Both the position numbers and the translations under genes were made by a program. From the IMG/VR virus record IMGVR_UViG_3300042511_000879, positions 172,072 to 236,071 of that record: a DNA stretch of 64,000 bases. The stretch is one strand, 5' to 3'. This document shows, one piece after another, positions 28,857 through 33,950 of this stretch. Position 1 is the stretch's first letter, and each line of letters opens with the position of its first letter. The notes beneath the pieces are model-generated. The model was not told where the DNA came from. It searched no databases and saw only the letters and a list, made by a program, of their open reading frames with translations.

Positions 28857-29026
28857 AGCCACGTAACAGGGATCGAACCTGTCTACCGAATCTTGTCAAA
28901 TACTCTCATCTTGTCGACCTTTCAGAGGCATATTCTATTTAACTCTTCATGATTTTCCACCTTACGTCTAAAGTGTTCCATACATAACTAGTTAAAAGAT
29001 CCAGTTGTCACCATTGACTACGGACA
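28857..29026 (-). ncRNA. tRNA-like RNA (~170 nt) with ~100-nt insertion in place of the anticodon loop
   Basis: D arm GTC-AATGGT-GAC, 10-bp helix ACTGGATCTT/AAGATTCGGT and T arm ACAGG-TTCGATC-CCTGT. Confidence 0.6.
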
Positions 29027-29029
29027 TTT

Positions 29030-29105
29030 TGGTGGACCCTGTAGGAATCGAACCTACTCCTCTAGTTCTTCAGACTAGCGTACGCACCAGCTATACCAAA
29101 GGTCC
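29030..29105 (-). tRNA. tRNA-Phe(GAA), CCA encoded
   Basis: CTAGT-CTGAAGA-ACTAG; ends ACCA. Confidence 0.92.
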
Positions 29106-29185
29106 ATAAAAGTATAATATCCGTTATAATACCGACCCAGTTTCCCAGGACCAGGTTGGATTCGAACCAACATCTCTTTTTTACG
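29106..29185 (-). ncRNA. Circularly permuted tRNA-like RNA (3' half precedes 5' half)
   Basis: CGTAA AAAAG AGAT GTTGG-TTCGAAT-CCAAC CTGGTCC T GGGAAACT GGGTCGG TA D-arm CTTTT AT. Confidence 0.7.
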
Positions 29186-29267
29186 TGGGCAGCAGTGGAC
29201 TCGAACCACTCCCTTTAGAGACCGATTTTACAGACCGGCTGCCGTATCCGAACGACTTTTGCTACCC
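29186..29267 (-). tRNA. tRNA-Tyr(GTA)
   Basis: CCGGT-CTGTAAA-ATCGG, variable arm, A73. Confidence 0.88.
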
Positions 29268-29273
29268 TTATTG

Positions 29274-29347
29274 TAGTGATATTAGGAATCGAACCTAAAA
29301 CCTCTTCGGTATCAGCGAAGTGCTCTAACCAATTGAGCTATACCACT
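29274..29347 (-). tRNA. tRNA-Ile(GAT)
   Basis: CTTCG-CTGATAC-CGAAG. Confidence 0.9.
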
Positions 29348-29411
29348 AGTTGATTACCATCTGACTCTTTTCGAACTTTGCAGGCTCGTATCATTCCTTA
29401 ATGGTAATTTG

Positions 29412-29483
29412 CTCTTCCCCTAGGACTCGAACCTAGATAAAATGATTAACAGTCATCCGTAATAACCTTTATACGAGAGAAGA
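29412..29483 (-). tRNA. tRNA-Asn(GTT)
   Basis: GATGA-CTGTTAA-TCATT, U1-A72, G73. Confidence 0.9.
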
Positions 29484-29489
29484 ATTTTG

Positions 29490-29561
29490 AGGACCCTGAG
29501 AATTTCGAAATCTCGACCCGTTGCCTAACAAACAACCGCTCTGCCTCTGAGCTAAAGATCC
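29490..29561 (-). tRNA. Second GTT-anticodon tRNA with atypical identity elements
   Basis: GTTGT-TTGTTAG-GCAAC; G1-C72, U73. Confidence 0.7.
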
Positions 29562-29656
29562 AATTTAGTCTTTTGCTTACCTCTAAATAATTTACTTTGC
29601 CAACCGGGCCTTAGTTCCCGGCGCTTACCAATCATACTGGAGTAATTATTCCTTTG

Positions 29657-29730
29657 TTGCGGGTGAGGGACTCGAACCCCCGACCTTAAGCTTATGAGGC
29701 TCACGAGATACCAACTTCTACCAACCCGCT
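29657..29730 (-). tRNA. Initiator-like tRNA-Met(CAT)
   Basis: Unpaired 1:72 (A:A), GCGGG acceptor; anticodon stem lacks the three G-C pairs. Confidence 0.75.
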
Positions 29731-29735
29731 ATTTG

Positions 29736-29824
29736 TTTCCCTTGAAGGACTCGAACCTTCATCAACTTACGTTGAGCAACCACATTCAATAGTGGTCCAT
29801 GTTTGCCAATTTCACCAAAGAGAA
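29736..29824 (-). ncRNA. Class II (Leu-like body) tRNA-like RNA with 8-nt anticodon loop
   Basis: D arm GTG-AAATTGGCAAA-CAT, ACCAC-TATTGAAT-GTGGT, variable arm TCAAC-GTAA-GTTGA, A73. Confidence 0.65.
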
Positions 29825-29928
29825 AACTACTAAATAAATTTCGTCTGCAAAGTACTCTTTATCATATGTAGTAACCTTATAGTCCCGATAGAATTTGCAG
29901 ATTCTATACTTGCCTATCCAGTTTGTTG

Positions 29929-30002
29929 CCGAGATGACGGGACTCGAACCCGTGACCTTCGCCGTGACAGGGCGACATTGTTACCAACTCTACTACACCT
30001 CG
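29929..30002 (-). tRNA. tRNA-Asp(GTC)
   Basis: TCGCC-CTGTCAC-GGCGA, G73. Confidence 0.9.
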
Positions 30003-30011
30003 ATTATTTTG

Positions 30012-30087
30012 CGGTCCCGGAGGGTTTCGAACCCTCATTTTAGAGCAGTGACAGTGCAATTCCCCGACCAATGGGGCTCACAAGACC
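30012..30087 (-). tRNA. Second tRNA-Asp(GTC), weak anticodon stem
   Basis: GCA-CTGTCAC-TGC with only 3 bp; G73. Confidence 0.65.
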
Positions 30088-30092
30088 TTTTG

Positions 30093-30164
30093 TGGAGCTA
30101 CCGGGATTCGAACCCGGAATAACAGAATGCAAATCTATCGTGATGCCAATTTCACTATAACCCC
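30093..30164 (-). tRNA. tRNA-Ala(TGC)
   Basis: G3:U70; ATAGA-TTTGCAT-TCTGT. Confidence 0.9.
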
Positions 30165-30203
30165 AAATGCACTTCCTCGACTGTTTAGTGCGAACCAACG
30201 TAG

Positions 30204-30275
30204 TATTGCGTATGGGATTCGAACCCATGCCTCATCATAGAAAGTGATACGTGTTTACCCCTTCACTAACGCAAC
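30204..30275 (-). tRNA. tRNA-Glu(TTC), pyrimidine at position 37
   Basis: TATCA-CTTTCTA-TGATG. Confidence 0.85.
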
Positions 30276-30281
30276 ATTTAG

Positions 30282-30353
30282 AGCCTCTACAAGGAATCGA
30301 ACCCTGTTATCTTGTGTACAAAACAAGCGCATCACCATTTATGCTTTAGAGGC
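30282..30353 (-). tRNA. tRNA-Thr(TGT)
   Basis: CTTGT-TTTGTAC-ACAAG; G1-C72, C2-G71, U73. Confidence 0.9.
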
Positions 30354-30359
30354 AAATCA

Positions 30360-30428
30360 ATTAAAGTGGGTGTTTGAATCCCTTCTCCGCTTTATCAGTG
30401 CGGTGCTTTACTACTAAGCTAACTTTAA
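30360..30428 (-). ncRNA. Degenerate tRNA-Ile(GAT)-like element with reduced T arm
   Basis: TTAAAGT/ACTTTAA acceptor, GCTT/AAGC D stem, loop CTGATAA; T arm only GGG/CCC. Confidence 0.6.
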
Positions 30429-30434
30429 TCCTTG

Positions 30435-30507
30435 TACCCAGGGAGGGATTCGAACCCTCAATATCTAGTTCCTAAGACTAGCGTGTCTACCGTTCCACCA
30501 CCAGGGC
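30435..30507 (-). tRNA. tRNA-Leu(TAG) lacking the long variable arm
   Basis: CTAGT-CTTAGGA-ACTAG, Leu-type D loop, 4-nt variable region. Confidence 0.8.
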
Positions 30508-30566
30508 AAATCTAATTCTATGCTCACAATATGTAGTTCTATGAATTAGTAACAATCTCATCTGTG

Positions 30567-30642
30567 TCTGGATAGCAGGATTCGAACCTGCGTGCTCTAG
30601 CGTCCAAGGCCAGCGAGATAAACCGGGCTCCTCTACATCCAG
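30567..30642 (-). tRNA. tRNA-Pro(TGG)
   Basis: CTGGC-CTTGGAC-GCTAG; C1-G72, A73. Confidence 0.9.
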
Positions 30643-30652
30643 AAATTATTTG

Positions 30653-30723
30653 TTGCCTGTGGAGGTAACGATCCTCCTCCGATGCTGTCAAAGAGCATTG
30701 TACTACCTTTATACGAACAAGCA
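30653..30723 (-). tRNA. tRNA-Gln(TTG)
   Basis: ATGCT-CTTTGAC-AGCAT; U1-A72. Confidence 0.88.
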
Positions 30724-31100
30724 TTATTTCAAACTTGGTTTTTAACTAGGTTTCGGAGCGCATCACTTGTATTTTCAAAGTAACGGAACATTCTTAAAGC
30801 TTATTGAATGAACTGCCTAATTAAATTTCCAGTATCACCGCGAGGAGGTGTTTGATTGATACCGCTGAGCTTCGTTATTCTCCGGAGAATATTCTCCTTT
30901 GGATATTCGTTTCATGCTACTTCTATGTTTATCGGCCGATTCCATATTTTCGCCATTATACAATTTATTTCTTTTCGTCATCCCCTACTGCCCACTTGGA
31001 TGCGGTTACGAAAGCGTTCCAGTCTGTTCACGATACAATTTACAGTACCTCGAGAGCGATTTCCCGTTAAGAACCGATACTTGTGACCGGCAATCAATTT
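30724..31100 (-). ncRNA. Candidate ~375-nt structured ncRNA of unknown family
   Basis: Relatively GC-rich block between tRNAs with no credible ORF and several long-range complementarities. Confidence 0.5.
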
Positions 31101-31102
31101 AG

Positions 31103-31178
31103 TTATCATGACAGGATTCGAACCTGCGATTGGAAGACTATTACCTCTACCCGTGCTAACCATCTACACTACATAATA
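31103..31178 (-). ncRNA. tRNA-like RNA with non-canonical anticodon loop
   Basis: Good acceptor, D and T arms; loop GGTAATAG lacks the YU/anticodon/R pattern. Confidence 0.65.
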
Positions 31179-31242
31179 GCTACACTGTGGTATATCAATT
31201 TAATACCCTTAATATTTACTCAATGACGAGCAGTATAGTTTG

Positions 31243-31314
31243 AGCAGATAGGGAGAATCGAACTCCCATCTTTAGATTGGAAGTCTAAAGTAATGGCCAT
31301 TATACGATATCTGC
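31243..31314 (-). tRNA. tRNA-Gly(TCC)
   Basis: TTAGA-CTTCCAA-TCTAA, U73. Confidence 0.9.
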
Positions 31315-31330
31315 AAATTTGGTTATCAGT

Positions 31331-31342
31331 ATGTCAAAGAAC
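31331..31342 (-). promoter_or_regulatory. rrn-type boxA antitermination element
   Basis: GTTCTTTGACAT between the early promoter and tRNA-Gly. Confidence 0.65.
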
Positions 31343-31349
31343 CTTTGTT

Positions 31350-31422
31350 CTAATTTGTTATGTAAATATATAACAATTCTTTCAATCGGTAAAACTTTAA
31401 GTGTTAAAATTATGTTAAAGTT
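31350..31422 (-). promoter_or_regulatory. Early-promoter cassette driving the tRNA array
   Basis: Same repeat. Confidence 0.8.
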
Positions 31423-31430
31423 TTAATTTG

Positions 31431-31500
31431 AGTCTCCGTACAGAATCGAACTGTATCTGTAGCGTTTGCAATGCTACCGGTCGCCATAACCATCAGAGAC
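31431..31500 (-). tRNA. tRNA-Cys(GCA), compact D arm
   Basis: GTAGC-A-TTGCAAA-C-GCTAC; U73. Confidence 0.75.
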
Positions 31501-31510
31501 ATATAAAATC

Positions 31511-31547
31511 AAAAAAGGACCAATCATTTCTGAAAGGTCCTTTTGAA
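31511..31547 (-). terminator. Conditional (attenuator) intrinsic terminator
   Basis: GGACC-TT-TCA-GAAA-TGA-TT-GGTCC followed by T6; its 5' arm is also complementary to 31592-31603. Confidence 0.8.
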
Positions 31548-31567
31548 TATTTGTATGTTAATAGAGT

Positions 31568-31708
31568 TTAACTCATATTAACTAATTTTGTTTCAAAAGA
31601 ACCATAATGCTTCCAATCCCCATTATTTCTATAAGAGGCACATATCGGGCTACCTGTCGTAAGGACTGGTTGTTCCATAAAAATGATATGTTGTTGAATT
31701 GCTTGCAT
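31568..31708 (-). CDS. Putative attenuator leader peptide (46 aa, not in the ORF track)
   Basis: MQAIQQHIIFMEQPVLTTGSPICASYRNNGDWKHYGSFETKLVNMS*; A-rich leader; overlaps the antiterminator arm. Confidence 0.65.
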   Translation of the reverse strand: MQAIQQHIIFMEQPVLTTGSPICASYRNNGDWKHYGSFETKLVNMS

Positions 31709-31820
31709 TGTAATTGTTTTATTTGTTCTAATCTATATATAAGATTTAATTTTCTTATGTATATTATAGTATTATATATCTTTTTGTTTCATGAAATTCA
31801 ATGTAAATTCCATTTATTTT

Positions 31821-32180
31821 TTATTTATTTTTAGATGATTGGTTTTCAATTGAAAGGGCTTTGATATGTTTACAATCTCCTCTTCGGAAGCTCGATGCGG
31901 GACAATTACAACTCCAAACCCCTCTCTGAAACTTGACCAAATATTCTGACTTTCCGTTTGATGATGGTACCTTAAATTCTAGGTCCACCTGTGGTTCAGC
32001 CTTCAATTGGGTTGGAACTATTGGTTTCTCAATAATTATACTGTCATCGAACTCTACATCATCTCTAGTTGTTCCCTCATCTACAGGAATCCAACCCGGA
32101 CATATATAGGTACCAAACATGGTTCTCATAATTCCAAAGTCTTTAAAGACCCGGTCTCTAGGTATTTTATATTTAGCCAT
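31821..32180 (-). CDS. SWIM zinc-finger protein
   Basis: Y.V...WSCNCP...CKHI motif. Confidence 0.8.
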   Translation of the reverse strand: MAKYKIPRDRVFKDFGIMRTMFGTYICPGWIPVDEGTTRDDVEFDDSIIIEKPIVPTQLKAEPQVDLEFKVPSSNGKSEYLVKFQRGVWSCNCPASSFRRGDCKHIKALSIENQSSKNK

Positions 32181-32413
32181 TATCTTTCTAGGATTACGAA
32201 TTCACCGAATGCATTATCAAATGCTTGTAAGAGATTCTCATAGTCTCCGCTCATCATTTCGTTTATGAGTGCTTCACCTCTATCTTTCCATCCTAACTGG
32301 GTTGCAAATCGTTTAGCGTAAGCCATAAGAGCAAATGCATTTCCATCAGGACCTGTAAGGTCTATAATAATCGGGGTGGTTTTGACTTGTTTACTTCGTA
32401 TCATAATTGATGT

Positions 32414-32486
32414 TTTAATTATAATGTAAATATAAACAAAAAACTCCAGACCCGAAAGTCTGGAGTGTTAAAATTTTGTTAAAGTT
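32414..32486 (-). promoter_or_regulatory. Early-promoter cassette with hairpin
   Basis: CTCCAGAC-TTTCGG-GTCTGGAG-TTTTTG. Confidence 0.8.
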
Positions 32487-32489
32487 TAA

Positions 32490-32657
32490 TTACTTTACAG
32501 TGTCTACTTTTGTAGTGTCTACTGATACGGTGTCTACTTTTACTGAATCAACTTGTACTGTTGTTGAATCTGTTCCGGTAGTTGTAGTTTCTACTTGCTT
32601 ACAAGATGTAGCTACTAGTGTTGCCATAAATGCAATCGCTAAAAATACTTTTTTCAT
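32490..32657 (-). CDS. Small Thr/Asp/Val-rich lipoprotein (55 aa, not in the ORF track)
   Basis: MKKVFLAIAFMATLVATSC-KQVETTTTGTDSTTVQVDSVKVDTVSVDTTKVDTVK. Confidence 0.75.
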   Translation of the reverse strand: MKKVFLAIAFMATLVATSCKQVETTTTGTDSTTVQVDSVKVDTVSVDTTKVDTVK

Positions 32658-32720
32658 TTTGGTTTAGTTTAATGTTATTTAATTTAAAAGTTATATGATT
32701 TAAAACCTTTTTGTTTCAAA

Positions 32721-32900
32721 TTATTCTCTTTTCTTTTTATCAATAACTGACCATACTATTCCGATAAGAGTTGCAACTGCACCGATTCCAGTGTTAAGTG
32801 TTACTTCTGTTAAAACTCCTGAAGTTACAAGGTAACCTCCTACGAATGTTAAAATGTGTCTAACAAATCCTAATGTTTTGTCTAATGATTCTTGTGTCAT
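32721..32900 (-). CDS. Small two-TM holin-like protein (59 aa, not in the ORF track)
   Basis: LGFVRHILTFVGGYLV...IGAVATLIGIVWSVIDKKK. Confidence 0.6.
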   Translation of the reverse strand: MTQESLDKTLGFVRHILTFVGGYLVTSGVLTEVTLNTGIGAVATLIGIVWSVIDKKKRE

Positions 32901-32902
32901 AA

Positions 32903-33445
32903 TTATAAATCTATTTTTTGTTTAGAGCCATCTGTCATACTATAAGTAATATGCAGCGGTTTTAGTGAATGTTCTCCTGAATTTAGTATCTTTAAATATT
33001 CAGAACCTTTACCTGGTTTTAAGTAGGCAACAGTCATGTGGGGCATATAATCTGGGTAGTCCGTAGTGTGCGGAAGTTCACTAAGTGATTTATTTGCATT
33101 ATGAAGATTATCACCTTCCATGTCAAATTTTAGGACATCAAATTTATCATTTTCAAAAAGAGAAAGATTGTAGGCTTTGCACTCTCCGAGTTTAATCCCT
33201 TTTAATTTGTCTGCAACCTGATCAACAGTTACTTCAGGGTGAAGTCCGTATAATAAAGTACAGTGTGGTTCATTTTCAAGACCGTAACTTTCATCAGCTT
33301 CTACTGTGAAAATATCTTCAGGTCTTATTGATTGATGTAGAGTTGCCATTGCTGGAAAGTCAAAATATAACATTGCACAATTAAAATCATGTGTTGTTTT
33401 TATTTTTTCATTTAAGAACTCTTCGAATAGTTTAATTCTTTTCAT
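32903..33445 (-). CDS. 2H phosphoesterase (Acb1/T4 57B-like) with N-terminal capsid-targeting-like motif
   Basis: Two HxT motifs (PHCTLLYG, PHMTVAY); starts MKRIKLFEEFLNE. Confidence 0.75.
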   Translation of the reverse strand: MKRIKLFEEFLNEKIKTTHDFNCAMLYFDFPAMATLHQSIRPEDIFTVEADESYGLENEPHCTLLYGLHPEVTVDQVADKLKGIKLGECKAYNLSLFENDKFDVLKFDMEGDNLHNANKSLSELPHTTDYPDYMPHMTVAYLKPGKGSEYLKILNSGEHSLKPLHITYSMTDGSKQKIDL

Positions 33446-33950
33446 TATTTTCTTTTTTATTAATTTCATCCATTTTTTTCATAGCCCAATCAACTCCTTC
33501 ATCTCCACCCCAAATCAACCATGCAACATATCCATTGTCTTTCCACGGTTCTGATTTATGTTCTGGTGCTATTTTCGAGTTCTTTCTATGTCGATTAAAT
33601 TGTGCCATTCGGGAAACTACATCTTGCGAAAGTTTTTCTCCTTTTGCCAACTGATTTGCGCGTTGCCATCCGACTGGAGTACCTGCAGTTACTTCATCAC
33701 GTCCATATTGGTCTCTCCAATCCAGGGCCTTCTTTGCATTCTCCTTTGCGGCAGCAGGATAGTCATTGTAAGTATCTTCTGATTCTAAAACAACAGATTC
33801 TTGCGCGTCCTCCCAGTCCTCTTCATCGGGATAATCTTTATCACCTGGCTTTGCAGGTTTTTCGCCGCGCTTTCTTTTAGCCCATATATTGTCCCAAAGA
33901 CCCTTCTTTTTTTCGTCTAGGAACTCTTCAAATAATTTTACTTTTTTCAT
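33432..33950 (-). CDS. Putative head-internal protein
   Basis: MKKVKLFEEFLDE; GT.VGW.RANQLA and GYVAWLIWGGD.G..WA conserved phage motifs. Confidence 0.6.
   Translation of the reverse strand: MKKVKLFEEFLDEKKKGLWDNIWAKRKRGEKPAKPGDKDYPDEEDWEDAQESVVLESEDTYNDYPAAAKENAKKALDWRDQYGRDEVTAGTPVGWQRANQLAKGEKLSQDVVSRMAQFNRHRKNSKIAPEHKSEPWKDNGYVAWLIWGGDEGVDWAMKKMDEINKKENNEKN

Noticed and set aside
30724-31100. RNase P RNA, tmRNA or group I intron
   Set aside because: No GAGGAAAGUCC P4 motif, no tRNA-Ala-like ends, and no convincing P7 R/S pair or interrupted host gene.
29895-31163. Short ORFs called across the tRNA array
   Set aside because: They overlap tRNAs or ncRNA on either strand and have no protein-like features.
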